DNA from: Octopus bimaculoides
Taxonomy: Eukaryota
Direction: 5' to 3'
Assembly (NCBI RefSeq): GCF_001194135.2
Contig: NC_068981.1
Coordinates: forward strand, 164,016,453-164,080,452
DNA: 64,000 nt
Every line of letters starts with the position of its first letter. Position 1 is the first letter of the stretch. The notes beneath the pieces are model-generated. The model searched no databases and was not told the DNA's origin. It was given only the letters and a program-made list of their open reading frames with translations. Positions 36,386 through 49,754 of the stretch are shown here, one piece after another. Made by a program: the position numbers and the translations under genes.

Positions 36386-38236
36386 CAATTCTTCAAACAA
36401 GAACTTCAACATTCTGAAATTCCCACTGCCATCCACTTCTTTGCTGCTTATACCGACACACAGATGCTTAAACTGACTATGGTCATCCGTATTAATATCA
36501 CCAGCCTGAGAATGCCTGCATATGTCTTGAGCACTGTGCACTCTTCACTCTCCACTGATTATCTGAATACAAAAGTATTGTATTCCATGATTTATAATAG
36601 TTTATCGAGATTTAAAATTACCCAGTTTTAGATACTGCGCATCATCCATTAACACATCTGTTAAACCGCATATTTGTTCATGTTTCCAAAGAAACAGAAC
36701 TTTATTTGTAGAAACAAGAAAACAATATTTAGCAAGCTATGTTTTTCTGTTCATGACGAATTCACTGTTTGATTGTCAGTTTGCTCAAATTCTTCTTAAA
36801 CTTGATTCACCTCTTTAAACATTCATATTTTTCTTGAATTTGTATAAAGAATGATTTCCAAGAAATTATTATGTTTCTCTTGTTTCTAATGTATAGTCTT
36901 AATAAATATTTCTTTAACTGAATTTAGCTTAATCTGCATATCAAAATCTGAATTTCTGAAGAGAAGGGAAGAAAATTATATTATAGCCCCAGGTGTAATT
37001 GTATTCGATTATGAAAATTTAATTATGTTTAGAAAAATTAAACATTCACTAATAATTTATATAATCTTTCACACTGTATTTGCAGCTGAAAATTCCATAA
37101 TGGAATTGACGTAGCCATTATGGCTGATGCATAGTATGATTTCAACATAATCTTCTCGTAAATATTTAAAGAGCAGCTTTTTATCAACGATAACAGAATC
37201 ATTCTGTGCCTTGTATTTAATGGCGTTTTTATATCAGCTGGTTGTAGCAAACGCTGTAATATGGCGTTAAGTTGTCAGCTATTTCGACTCCGCCTCTCCG
37301 TTTCGAATCTCAATTGTCGTCTTTTTCAACACATTTGCACTGCTTTTTCGACTGGAAAAAGAGAAAGAAAGAAAGAAAGGAAGGAAGAATGCTTCCACAT
37401 CTTAATTTCTTTCTTTTAAATTTAATTTCAACTGATTCCTAAATTTGAGGGAAGTAGTTCTTCTGCTTTTAGCTAGTCGAGCGTTTACATAGAGGCTTCT
37501 TTCGTTAGTTCGTAGTACTATCATCATATATTTTATGTGTTTGTGAATAGAGCTGTTCTGCAGTTAGTATGGTTACAATTTAGATATATTTAATTCTGTC
37601 GCTACTGCATTTATGGTGCTATGAACATAATTACTCACGCTTACTTCAAAAAAGATATCTTTTAATAACATTTTCAGTAATAATTTTAATAATACTTTAA
37701 ATATTTCAACATTGGGTCTTCTTTTCTTTTTCCCATGACGCAATATTTCAAATGACGGAAGATGAGAGTGGCAAAAACAAAGGGATGCTCATGTAAATTT
37801 TTGGTCCATCCACTTCCCATTTTTAGCTACGCTCGCTTCCTCTTCTGATTTCAGTTCCTACCCAGGTCAAACTTTTCCTGCCATTCTTTCCGTGATTGGT
37901 AATTATAAGCGCTAGTGGGATGCGATGTTGAGTTTAACAGAGTCTGACAAAACGCCTTCCCATATTTCTTCCGGCTTTCTGCTATTCTCTCGGGTCAAAC
38001 ACCCTACAAATTTCATCTTCGCATTTCATTCTTCCCAGATAAGTATAACACCAGTCATATACTGGAGTAGGGTCTTCTTCCTCTTCTTCTGCTTCTTCTT
38101 TTGGGGCAGGGGGGCCAGTCTATTAGATCGAAGACGGACAAAATGCTAAACATTTTGCCCGATGTGTTAATGATTCTACCAGTTTGCAACCTTATTATAT
38201 AGTATAATAATGTAATGTGATATAAATAATAAATAA

Positions 38237-38485
38237 ATGCGCCCTTTTAAGTCCTAGCCAGGCTCATGGGCCCGGTTCCCCGGTTTCAATGGCGTATGCG
38301 TTCCGCAGCTGGGCGGGACGCCAGTCCATCGCAGCGTTACTCATTTTTGTCAGCTGAGTGGACTGGAGCAACGTGAAATGAAGTGTTTTGCTCAAGAACA
38401 CAACCCGTCACCCGTTCCAGGAATCGAAACCACATTCTTACGATCATGATGCTGACACCCTAACCACTAAGCCACGTGCCTCTAC
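38237..38485 (-). mobile_element. SINE family C variant (same head/CORE-like part, different 3' tail)
   Basis: Shares CAGCTGAGTGGACTGGAGCAACGTGAAAT...CTCAAGAACACAAC with other family C copies; tail GCGCCCTTTTAAGTCCTAGCCAGGCTCATGGGCCC is distinct. Confidence 0.8.
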
Positions 38486-38510
38486 GTAATGTGATATAGT
38501 GTAATATAAT

Positions 38511-38704
38511 CCTTTCTACTGTAGGCACAAGACCTGAAATTTAGAGGAGAGGGACTAGTTGATTACATCGACCCCAGTGCTCAACTGGTACTTATTTCAT
38601 CGACCCCGAAAGGATGAAAGACAAAATGAACTTCGGCGGAATTTGAACTCAGACCGTAAAGACGAACGAAATGCCGCTAATGCCGGTACGCAAACGATTC
38701 TTCT
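38511..38704 (-). mobile_element. SINE family B, truncated by gap
   Basis: CTTTCTACTGTAGGCACAAG...CATCGACCCCGAAAGGATGAAAG...GAATTTGAACTCAGA. Confidence 0.85.
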
Positions 38705-40138
38705 NNNNNNNNNNNNNNNNNNNNNNNNNNNNNNNNNNNNNNNNNNNNNNNNNNNNNNNNNNNNNNNNNNNNNNNNNNNNNNNNNNNNNNNNNNNNNNNN
38801 NNNNNNNNNNNNNNNNNNNNNNNNNNNNNNNNNNNNNNNNNNNNNNNNNNNNNNNNNNNNNNNNNNNNNNNNNNNNNNNNNNNNNNNNNNNNNNNNNNNN
38901 NNNNNNNNNNNNNNNNNNNNNNNNNNNNNNNNNNNNNNNNNNNNNNNNNNNNNNNNNNNNNNNNNNNNNNNNNNNNNNNNNNNNNNNNNNNNNNNNNNNN
39001 NNNNNNNNNNNNNNNNNNNNNNNNNNNNNNNNNNNNNNNNNNNNNNNNNNNNNNNNNNNNNNNNNNNNNNNNNNNNNNNNNNNNNNNNNNNNNNNNNNNN
39101 NNNNNNNNNNNNNNNNNCACCACCATCGCCACCACCACCACCACCACCGCCACCACCACCACCATCACCACCACCACCACCACATTAAACTTAAACAATG
39201 ACGACAACAAAAACAATACCGCAAACGCTTGTCTCTCGACTTGTCCTAAACTATGCATTCATCATAGTTTAGAATAAACAATATTTCTAATGATGGGTAG
39301 ACACCTGGTTACGTTGGATATTTAGCATTTTATGTATGTATAAACGTATGCATGTATATATGCATGTATATATATTTGTATGTATGATTCTATGTATGAA
39401 TGTGTATGTATGGGAGTTGGGTGGGTTAGTATGTCTGCTATGTTAGAATGAGTATGTTTCTGTCTTTCTCAGAGAATTCCGATATCTGTCGTAGATATGT
39501 CGTATATAGAATGAAAACTGTCCATATGCATATACATACATATTGATGTTCTACTTACGCTTGCAAACGCATAATAGTATATACACAAATGCACCCCCCC
39601 CCCACATACACATATATGTATGTACAGGAAGATTGAATATATAACCGCACACACACCAATGCATATGAATATTATGTCTAGCACATACCAACAGAGATAC
39701 ATACCACACATGTACGCGTATGCACATACACATACACACACACACATGTTTATATGCGTATATAAACGTGCTTGTGTGTGTATGTGTGCACAAACCTTCA
39801 GTGTTTTGGTGTGATTGTATGAGTATCTTTGCGTATGTATATAAGTATGTACACATATAAATAAGTTTATATGCGTCTGTATGTTTGTGCATGTTCACGT
39901 CTGCTTATGTCGTCTGGTATGATAGCGTGTATATTTGTATGTATATTTGTGTGTATGTATGTATGTATGTATGTATGTATGTATGTATGTATGTAGAAAG
40001 TATTTTAATGAAGGAAACAGATAGAATAATTGTAGTTCGACGGGTTTGACATGAGCTGTAAACATCTGCCTTGCGAAATACTATATCTGGTTGAACTCTC
40101 CGTCTATCTCTCCCTCTCTTCCTCTGTCTGTCTGTCTA

Positions 40139-40191
<53 letters not shown>

Positions 40192-40676
40192 ATCTTTCTT
40201 CATCTCTCTCATACATTATATACACACACACACTCTCTCTCTCTTGCTCTCTGTCTATCTGTTTGNNNNNNNNNNNNNNNNNNNNNNNNNNNNNNNNNNN
40301 NNNNNNNNNNNNNNNNNNNNNNNNNNNNNNNNNNNNNNNNNNNNNNNNNNNNNNNNNNNNNNNNNNNNNNNNNNNNNNNNNNNNNNNNNNNNNNNNNNNN
40401 NNNNNNNNNNNNNNNNNNNNNNNNNNNNNNNNNNNNNNNNNNNNNNNNNNNNNNNNNNNNNNNNNNNNNNNNNNNNNNNNNNNNNNNNNNNNNNNNNNNN
40501 NNNNNNNNNNNNNNNNNNNNNNNNNNNNNNNNNNNNNNNNNNNNNNNNNNNNNNNNNNNNNNNNNNNNNNNNNNNNNNNNNNNNNNNNNNNNNNNNNNNN
40601 NNNNNNNNNNNNNNNNNNNNNNNNNNNNNNNNNNNNNNNNNNNNNNNNNNNNNNNNNNNNNNNNNNNNNNNNNNNN

Positions 40677-40711
<35 letters not shown>

Positions 40712-40984
40712 GTGTAGCTATATATCTATACAAACTATACACATACATGCCCGCGCGCATGCAGACACACACGCAAACATACAAAGACAGACGATGGCCT
40801 AGCAGGATGACTGTCGTCCAGTGACTAGAGCCAACAAAGTGACACACAACACGACAGAGAATACATATATATACCTATATATATATATGTGTGTGGGTAT
40901 ATATATATCGTTAATGGATCATATATTAGATAAAGAAGCACACTTTAGAAGTTACAACAATAATGTATTTACATGAAGTTAAAT

Positions 40985-41240
40985 TTATTTCCGGTCATAG
41001 AGTGGCCACTTGTTTCGCATCCATAAAGTACTTAGCCTTATAGACGACTCGTTAGACTCCTATGGCCGTGAGAGATGCCGTATTTTTCTCGTCCACCTTT
41101 ATTCCGTCTTCGTCAATCATCTTAAATTTCATTTGTTTACTTTCATACGTCCATTCCGTATCATTTTGTTCGGTCGAAGCCCTAATCCTCCGCAAGTATT
41201 GTGGGTGCCGCCGATATGCGAAGTTCTCAGTATTACCATT
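40985..41240 (-). mobile_element. Possible highly decayed RTE LINE fragment
   Basis: RVVYKA followed, after a frameshift, by VLYGCET.WPL, resembling the RTE motif K.VY.A.V...LLYGCETW. Confidence 0.35.
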
Positions 41241-41731
41241 AAGTGTATCTTGAAACTGTATTAACATTCGGTTGATAACTGATGAATAATTAGTGCCTGC
41301 AGTGTCAGCCCTACGTGTACGTTTTTTTAGCTATCGTTGTTTATTTAATGCATCTTTTATTTTTTTGAGTAACTAAACGCCACGCATCGCGACTTTAGTT
41401 AATAGTGTNNNNNNNNNNNNNNNNNNNNNNNNNNNNNNNNNNNNNNNNNNNNNNNNNNNNNNNNNNNNNNNNNNNNNNNNNNNNNNNNNNNNNNNNNNNN
41501 NNNNNNNNNNNNNNNNNNNNNNNNNNNNNNNNNNNNNNNNNNNNNNNNNNNNNNNNNNNNNNNNNNNNNNNNNNNNNNNNNNNNNNNNNNNNNNNNNNNN
41601 NNNNNNNNNNNNNNNNNNNNNNNNNNNNNNNNNNNNNNNNNNNNNNNNNNNNNNNNNNNNNNNNNNNNNNNNNNNNNNNNNNNNNNNNNNNNNNNTGGTA
41701 GACGGAAACTAAAAGAAGCCTCTCGTACATA

Positions 41732-42612
41732 AAGGGGTTGGACAAAATAATGGAAACACCTTAAAATTTCAAACAGATTTATTTTAATATGGGGTAGGAC
41801 GGCCTTTGGCAGTAATTACACCTTGAATTCTATGAGGTATGGACTCTTACAAAGTTTGAATTGTTTCAAAAGAAATTTTTGTCCGTTCTTTAGTTAAAAC
41901 AGTCTCCAGTTCTTGTAGTGATGATGGTGGGGGATATCGACTCCTTACTTGTTTTTCTAAAATGCACCATAAATGTTCGATAGTATTGAGATCTGGGGAC
42001 TGCGCTGGCCAGATAAGATGTACACTAGCCGTGTAAATTGGTACATTATCATCCTGAAAGATTGCGTTTCCCTCCGGAAACAATTCCGCAACCATAGAAT
42101 GAATTTGATTAGATAAAATGCTTAAATAGTCTACACTATTAATTCTGCCATGAAGGGAAGCCATCGGGCCGGCGGATTTCCAAGATCATTGGATCATCAC
42201 AGATCCTCCTCCATGTCTAACAGTTGGAAGAAAGCAGTCAGAGTCAAATGATTCTTTTGGCTTTCTTCACACGTATACTCTTCCGAGAAAATAACATTCT
42301 TCCACTGCTCTAGGGACCAATTCGGTAGGTTTTTACTCCACCCTAAACACTTTACAATGTTTGGTTTTGAAAGTAGTGGTTTTCCGATTGCAGTCCTCCC
42401 GTGAAATCCGGCTTCGTGCAGCTCCCGGCGAACAGTTTTTGTGGAAACTGGGTTCTCAAGGTGGTCATTAAGCTCTGCAGTAATTTTGAGAGCTATAATT
42501 TTGCGATCGTTTCTATCTGAAAGTTTTGGTTTTCTTCCGGAGTTTTGTTTCGACGAGGAGCTTTTTCCCTCTTTCGCAAAAGCTCTCATTACTTTCGAGA
42601 CAGTACTTCTTG
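41732..42612 (-). mobile_element. Tc1-family DNA transposon copy 2, inserted next to a SINE A fragment; runs into gap
   Basis: Same TIR (GGGGTTGGACAAAATAATGGAAACACC); ORF-track peptides ...IFQDDNVPIYTASVHLIWPAQSPDLNTIEHLW... and ...GRKPKLSDR...PVSTKTVRRELHEAGFHGR... Confidence 0.9.
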
Positions 42613-43740
42613 ANNNNNNNNNNNNNNNNNNNNNNNNNNNNNNNNNNNNNNNNNNNNNNNNNNNNNNNNNNNNNNNNNNNNNNNNNNNNNNNNNNNNNNN
42701 NNNNNNNNNNNNNNNNNNNNNNNNNNNNNNNNNNNNNNNNNNNNNNNNNNNNNNNNNNNNNNNNNNNNNNNNNNNNNNNNNNNNNNNNNNNNNNNNNNNN
42801 NNNNNNNNNNNNNNNNNNNNNNNNNNNNNNNNNNNNNNNNNNNNNNNNNNNNNNNNNNNNNNNNNNNNNNNNNNNNNNNNNNNNNNNNNNNNNNNNNNNN
42901 NNNNNNNNNNNNNNNNNNNNNNNNNNNNNNNNNNNNNNNNNNNNNNNNNNNNNNNNNNNNNNNNNNNNNNNNNNNNNNNNNNNNNNNNNNNNNNNNNNNN
43001 NNNNNNNNNNNNNNNNNNNNNNNNNNNNNNNNNNNNNNNNNNNNNNNNNNNNNNNNNNNNNNNNNNNNNNNNNNNNNNNNNNNNNNNNNNNNNNNNNNNN
43101 NNNNNNNNNNNNNNNNNNNNNNNNNNNNNNNNNNNNNNNNNNNNNNNNNNNNNNNNNNNNNNNNNNNNNNNNNNNNNNNNNNNNNNNNNNNNNNNNNNNN
43201 NNNNNNNNNNNNNNNNNNNNNNNNNNNNNNNNNNNNNNNNNNNNNNNNNNNNNNNNNNNNNNNNNNNNNNNNNNNNNNNNNNNNNNNNNNNNNNNNNNNN
43301 NNNNNNNNNNNNNNNNNNNNNNNNNNNNNNNNNNNNNNNNNNNNNNNNNNNNNNNNNNNNNNNNNNNNNNNNNNNNNNNNNNNNNNNNNNNNNNNNNNNN
43401 NNNNNNNNNNNNNNNNNNNNNNNNNNNNNNNNNNNNNNNATATATATATATATATATAAACATATAGCTGTAGCACAACAGGCCAAATATTGTTGTCTGG
43501 GATTGTAGTTAAAAAGTGATGCTCCATTGCAGAGGTCTGTAACTCGGAAGATGTGAATGTCTTTGTCACATGTTGAGGAAAAGAATATCTATGGAGAATT
43601 AATGAAAAATCTACAGTTCGTATATCCAGGCTATATATTTTTCGGTCGTTCCTATAATCATAGATGTATTGGGATACGTCACAACATATGTGAAGCTATG
43701 TACATCATAACATAACATGCACATAAATAATAATAAAGCA

Positions 43741-43778
<38 letters not shown>

Positions 43779-43837
43779 TTCTAACATAACCCTAATATGC
43801 ATAACACTCGCACGTACAGACAAACGCGAGCGTGCAA

Positions 43838-43906
<69 letters not shown>

Positions 43907-44239
43907 AAGAAATTTGTAAACATCAAACAGTTTAGATAATTACAAAGCTTAAGAACTGTTGTCTTGATTAAAGAAAAGAACCTCACTATTTTGTTAGAGA
44001 TCACCTTGAATATTGCAAAGGAAAATACTTAAATAAATCCCAGTGACCAACATACATCATTGGTGGATGATGCCAGCAATGTACCATAATTTTGCTTTGC
44101 GACCGTTACATTACATTATAATTCAAAGTTGCATATCCATGATTAGGAGATAACTACAAAATAACCATCGCACAAATGTTGTGAGGAATATCCTTAACAT
44201 TCAAAATGCAACAGAAATCCCCATGATTTATTCTCATAT

Positions 44240-44660
44240 AAGGGGCCTTGATGCAGTTGGCTTCCCGTCTTAACTGGAGCCAATAGGTCTTGACCGCGGG
44301 GGCGGTAAGCATCCTGACAGAATAATCCTTTTCCCATTCGAGGGAGAGAAATCCCTAGTCTGGGATGCGACGTGCAGCGATACCTAATTCGGCTTCAACT
44401 GTGCTGCATGGGCTGTAAACTCAGGTATCGCCACCCGTAACGCAGAAATAAGAAAAATAAATAAATAAATATATAAATAAATAAATACAGGAGCCAAGCC
44501 ACATGTGTCCTTGGATCCTGCACTATCGATTTCCTCTGTAGATTCGCTATAACGGCGCGCCATGAGAGAAATGAGCTCCGCGAGATAGGTGGAAGCTGCA
44601 GTGAGTGTTGTTGGTCATTCTCCGCTGCAACACCATCACGACCGCAGGGGCCGGCTGAGG
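44240..44660 (+). mobile_element. CRE-clade non-LTR retrotransposon, restriction-like endonuclease fragment
   Basis: GLDAVGFPS*LEPIGLDRGGGKHPDRIILFPFEGEKSLVWDATCSDT matches the CRE-type pattern LEPxGLxRxDGKRPDG...LxWDxTCxDT; later LVILRCNT resembles the C-terminal AIQRGNA; interrupted by (TAAA)n. Confidence 0.75.
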
Positions 44661-45019
44661 ACACCATTAATTCTGGGGTGCGTAGCTCATTGCCCCCTCC
44701 ATCTTCTGCTGATTAACCCATCCTTTTTCCCTTGTTTCTGTTTCTTTGTTTTTTTTTGTATTTAAATGTTATAATTTAAAATGTGATCAATCTGTTTAAT
44801 AAACATGTCGTAGTATCAATCGGTTTAACAAGGAATAAATTACATTGTTCCATCTTTCATAAATACATATATATAGAATGTCGTTCGTACAAAGAGAAGC
44901 CTAGTAAAACATTAAGTAATTCAAAGAATATTTAGGTTAAATATAATAACATATTTCAGTTCAGAGGATATTGATGGAACATTTCTGGAAAATAAGTCAA
45001 TGAACTGGGGCTCTGTTAC

Positions 45020-45222
45020 AGAGTCAGGCAAAACGCTTAGCGGTATTTCTTTAAGCTTCTGTATTTCTCCCAACAGTTCTAAGTTGAAATTTCACTGAGA
45101 ATGACTTTACCTTTTATCCCTTTGGTGTCGATAAAATAAGAACCAGTTGATAACCGGAGTCGATGCAAATGACTAGTCTCGCTCCTCAACATTTCAGGCC
45201 TTCTGGCTATAGTAGAAAGAAC
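45020..45222 (+). mobile_element. SINE family B, degenerate
   Basis: CAAAACGCTTAGCGGTATTTC...GACTTTACCTTTTATCCCTTTGGTGTCGATAAAATAAG...TAGTAGAAAG. Confidence 0.75.
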
Positions 45223-46501
45223 GCTGAATTAAAAATTATTTCTTAATTATTAAATATTATTATAGATATCAGCTTTAAAAATATTGGTGGAACATTATCA
45301 TCAGAAATATGACTTAATTAGAGAATATGGTTCCAGCGAGAAACGAGAAAGTATCTACGCATCATCTAATATTTTATATATTTACAAACTACACACACAC
45401 ACACCCACACACACACACACACNNNNNNNNNNNNNNNNNNNNNNNNNNNNNNNNNNNNNNNNNNNNNNNNNNNNNNNNNNNNNNNNNNNNNNNNNNNNNN
45501 NNNNNNNNNNNNNNNNNNNNNNNNNNNNNNNNNNNNNNNNNNNNNNNNNNNNNNNNNNNNNNNNNNNNNNNNNNNNNNNNNNNNNNNNNNNNNNNNNNNN
45601 NNNNNNNNNNNNNNNNNNNNNNNNNNNNNNNNNNNNNNNNNNNNNNNNNNNNNNNNNNNNNNNNNNNNNNNNNNNNNNNNNNNNNNNNNNNNNNNNNNNN
45701 NNNNNNNNNNNNNNNNNNNNNNNNNNNNNNNNNNNNNNNNNNNNNNNNNNNNNNNNNNNNNNNNNNNNNNNNNNNNNNNNNNNNNNNNNNNNNNNNNNNN
45801 NNNNNNNNNNNNNNNNNNNNNNNNNNNNNNNNNNNNNNNNNNNNNNNNNNNNNNNNNNNNNNNNNNNNNNNNNNNNNNNNNNNNNNNNNNNNNNNNNNNN
45901 NNNNNNNNNNNNNNNNNNNNNNNNNNNNNNNNNNNNNNNNNNNNNNNNNNNNNNNNNNNNNNNNNNNNNNNNNNNNNNNNNNNNNNNNNNNNNNNNNNNN
46001 NNNNNNNNNNNNNNNNNNNNNNNNNNNNNNNNNNNNNNNNNNNNNNNNNNNNNNGTGGTGGTGGTGGTGGTGATGGTGGTGGTGGTAGAAGTCGTACTGT
46101 GTTGGTGGCAGTGGTGTTAGTGATACTGACGAAGGCAGTGTTGTCTTTCGCATTCTCTATTTCTGAATGTTATTTGTATTCGTTTTTTTTTTGTTTTTTT
46201 TTTAAAGAGTGTGTTGTCTACTCGCTGTTTATGTTGTTATTGCCTTGTTGCTGTTGTCACTGATATTTTTATCACCGCACCTGCTTTTATTCTGATGGCC
46301 TTAATTTATTTTTTGATTTTTGTTCATTGGTTAGGTCTGTTATTTGTTGAAGTTGTAGTTTCTCCGACTCTCAAGTTTACTCTGTGTTCAGAAATGTCCA
46401 CGAAACTTTTGGATGGCAGAAATGATGACTGCAGGCTTTGTTGTAGTCTACGTTAAGAATTTTTGTTTTTAGTGGTAATAACAGCAGCAGTAGTGGTGTG
46501 T

Positions 46502-46798
46502 AGGTGAGTAGCCTAATGGTTAAGACATTGCACTCATGATCGCGAGATCATGGTTTCGATTCCCGAGCCGCGAGGTGCGTTGTGTTCTTGAGCAAAACAC
46601 TTCATTTCACGTTGCTCCGACATCTGACGTGTGGTACGCCGTAAACCTGTCCTGGCAATGTTGCTTTGTTGGAGGGAGTGAACTAATGTATAGTACAAGC
46701 ATTTGATCATTATAAACAAATAATCTATGCCGGTTGTTCAGCAAGAAATCGCAGAACCCGCATTTATCGTCTACGAGTAATAGACTTATTATTATTAT
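46502..46798 (+). mobile_element. SINE family C variant ending in (TTA)n
   Basis: tRNA-like head, then TTGTGTTCTTGAGCAAAACACTTCATTTCACGTTGCTCC, a third distinct tail, and GACTTATTATTATT. Confidence 0.8.
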
Positions 46799-46799
46799 T

Positions 46800-47130
46800 T
46801 TTTTTTTTTTTCATGTTTGACTTTTGCTTTGCATTTGTACAAGTTGGCTCCAAGTTTCACCCAGAGGCCTCAAGAGACAACAAGTTAGAAGTTCATGTTG
46901 GTGTTATGCCTAGGGTGCCATATATTTGGTTTTGTACATAGTGTTGTTCTAGAGAATGTTTAAGAAACCATAAGAAAATTATGTTTGTTTTAAAATTTGA
47001 GATTACATAGACAGTATTTTACGTAGGATATAGACAGTTCCTATGAACACTATCTTTTGAATTTCTGCCATTTTGAGGTTTCCTGGTATCTGAGCTAGGT
47101 AGCAGATCACCCTCAAATTGTATCCTAACT
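46800..47130 (-). mobile_element. 3' end of an R4/Dong-like LINE (ORF C-terminus, ~200-bp 3' UTR, poly-A)
   Basis: Minus strand CYLAQIPGNLKMAEIQKIVFIGTVYILRKILSM* (stop at 47005-47003), typical of the R4-clade C-terminus IQK.xLxGTxxILRKxL; ends in an A-run abutting (TAA)n. Confidence 0.7.
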
Positions 47131-49289
47131 TCTTTCAAAAAAATTATGTTATGCAATATAGTTTAAAATATAAAAAGGACACAATGGTCGTAGATGGAAC
47201 GGCTTTGGTTATAGATATTATTGATTAATACAAACTTGAGGTAACACAATAATGATAGCTGATTAAGTGAAACAATTACGAAACTTCATTGCTTCAAAAA
47301 ACAGTAAAACAGTGAAGTGATGGTAGTCTCTCGTAGTTCGAGAAAGGCGGCTCTGTAATTTCTTCATTTGTTTATAGGGATCAAATGTATGTGCTGTGCA
47401 TTAGCTCACTCCCTCCCTCAAATCAACTTTGCCTGGACAGGTACACGATGTACTATATGTCACGTGTTGAAGTGACCGCAGCGTCACGTGAGATGAAGTG
47501 TTTTACTCAAGAACACAACGCTCGTAACTGCAACACCCTAGCTACTAAACCATGCAGCCTTGCAGTAAAACAGTTATATACACTTTATTGACTATTTGAT
47601 ACGGAGGCAAAACCTTTACCAACTAGGGACAAAACTGTTAATGGCAGTCAACTGGTACGTGAGTTGAAAATATCTTACTACTTTTCCTAAAATTTGATGC
47701 ATTTTAGACGCAACATTTCGAATATTTCTTTTTAGCTTACTTCATCTAATTGTCATGGAGAAGAGAAGAACAAATTAACTAAGTCTTTGATCAATGCATG
47801 ATTGCCACACAACTATATTTTTCCTATTAACCCTTTTGGTACCACCCTTCCCGAACCCGCTACCTCTTTCTATGATATAAAGTTCCTGTTTGTATCAGTT
47901 ACAATTATTCAAGTTAGAACTTTCCATTAAAATTTCTTATTGATTTATGTTCGAGACACACGTTTAATAACAACAAAGTTATTTTACTAAACTCTTAATT
48001 ATTTCAAAAATTAATTTTTCGAAAAACCAGTGACTCATAATATGTAAGAAAATAGTTACCAGTCAAAAATCACATGCCGGTTGTAGAGGTAGCCGGAGCT
48101 AAGTTAGGGGCGAGACTAGACTATAATCCAATTTGCAATGATCCTGAGAGATAATTTCCTTCTGTTACTCCGATAATAGTCGTGAAGTATTACTGTTCCA
48201 TTACTATAGTACGTCGATCTCTCTATTCTGCAGTTTTCCACTTGAATGAATCGATGTAATGTCGCTGGTTGTAACTGGATGGAAAGTGCTCAAAAATCCT
48301 TATAAAGAATTGAGCGTTCGATACGATTAATGTTAAGCATGAGTTCCTGAAATTAGAAAGAATCGAGAGAAAACACGTGAACAAGGATGAAATTCCAGAG
48401 AGATGTTACCGTTGATTTTGTTGTTGTTGTTGTTGCTGTCCTTACCCTCATCACAGTCATCGTTGTGTATTCTCAGACATCTTTATATACGAAAAACCTC
48501 GACCGACGCATACATACGCACGGATATTGATGATTTACAATGTCAGTCGGTTGAAATCTCCTGTGGAACGAATCTTTAAATTTTCATAAACAAAAGATGC
48601 TATAAAATTGATTGTGTTTACACCCAAATTGTCTACAAGGAGAATTTCTCCTCACAAGACAACGTATGTAGCGTGTTGTCTCTTCATGTCCGAATGTACA
48701 CGAACACTTTAAATAAGACCATCTATCTACATTTCTACATTTCTGCATTTTATTCAGCGCTGATTAGTGCGCCTTTTTTTAATTTATTCCAACTTGACAA
48801 AGTTTTTCTCACCAGTAACAGATACCACCAATAGCAAATACCATTTGCTATTCTAATATAAGGGCGATCAGCTCTTAGTGAGCATGATCGACGGCTCGGT
48901 ATAATTAGCTGATGAAGTGTAACTACGCAGAAGTACATGCGTCCTATTGTTCGGTGACATCCTTCATGGTCTAGTGGTGTGTTCACACGCTTATTGTCTA
49001 CAAAGAGAATTTTTTCTCTCAAGACAACTTCTGCAGCGTACTGTCTGTCTATGTCCAATTGTAGACGAACATGTTAAATATGATTGAACACAATTATGTA
49101 CAAATCCAAAGATTCCATTATGGAAGCTGTGTGAATATTGTCACGAAGAGAAATAGTCAAATTATCATCAATGACAAATGTAATGGCATGCGTATCATGT
49201 CATACCTCTAAAACAAGTTATTGTTTCTGATTAAAAGAAATTAGCATTAATGCAAATTGGTATTTCCGTGAAGATTTAACGATTTCCTT

Positions 49290-49712
49290 CTTTTACTCTT
49301 TTACTCTTTTACTTGTTTCAGTCATTTGACTGCGGCCATGCTGGAGTGCCGCCTTTAGTCGAGAAAATCGACCCCAGGACTTATTTTTAAGAAGCCTAGT
49401 ACTTACTCTATCGGTCTCTCTTTTGCCGAACCGCTAAGTTACGGGGACGTAAACACACCAGCATCGGTTGTCAAGCGATGATGGAGGGGACAAACACAGA
49501 CACACAAACACATATGCACACATACATATATATATATACATACATATATACGACGGGCTTCTTTCAGTTTCCGTCTACCAGATCCACTCACAGGGCTTTG
49601 GTCGCCCGAGGCTATAGTAGAAGACACTTGCCCAAGGTGCCCCACAGTGGGAATGAACCCGGAACGATGTGATTCGTAAGCAAGCTACTTACCACATAGC
49701 CACTCCTGCACC
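49290..49712 (-). mobile_element. SINE family A, full length
   Basis: Reverse complement of the 14897-15300 structure. Confidence 0.9.
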
Positions 49713-49754
49713 TATTGAATATAATTACATAAATATTTCACAGTATTTCGGTTG

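Noticed and set aside
37040-37380. Very strong minus-strand splice acceptor at 37352-37353
   Set aside because: The polypyrimidine tract is a (TTTC)n microsatellite and all three frames close within 25 codons.
43470-43585. Minus-strand frame STCDKDIHIFRVTDLCNGASLFNYNPRQQYLACC after a plausible acceptor
   Set aside because: No donor site before the (TA)n and gap, two frames are open, and no family can be supported.
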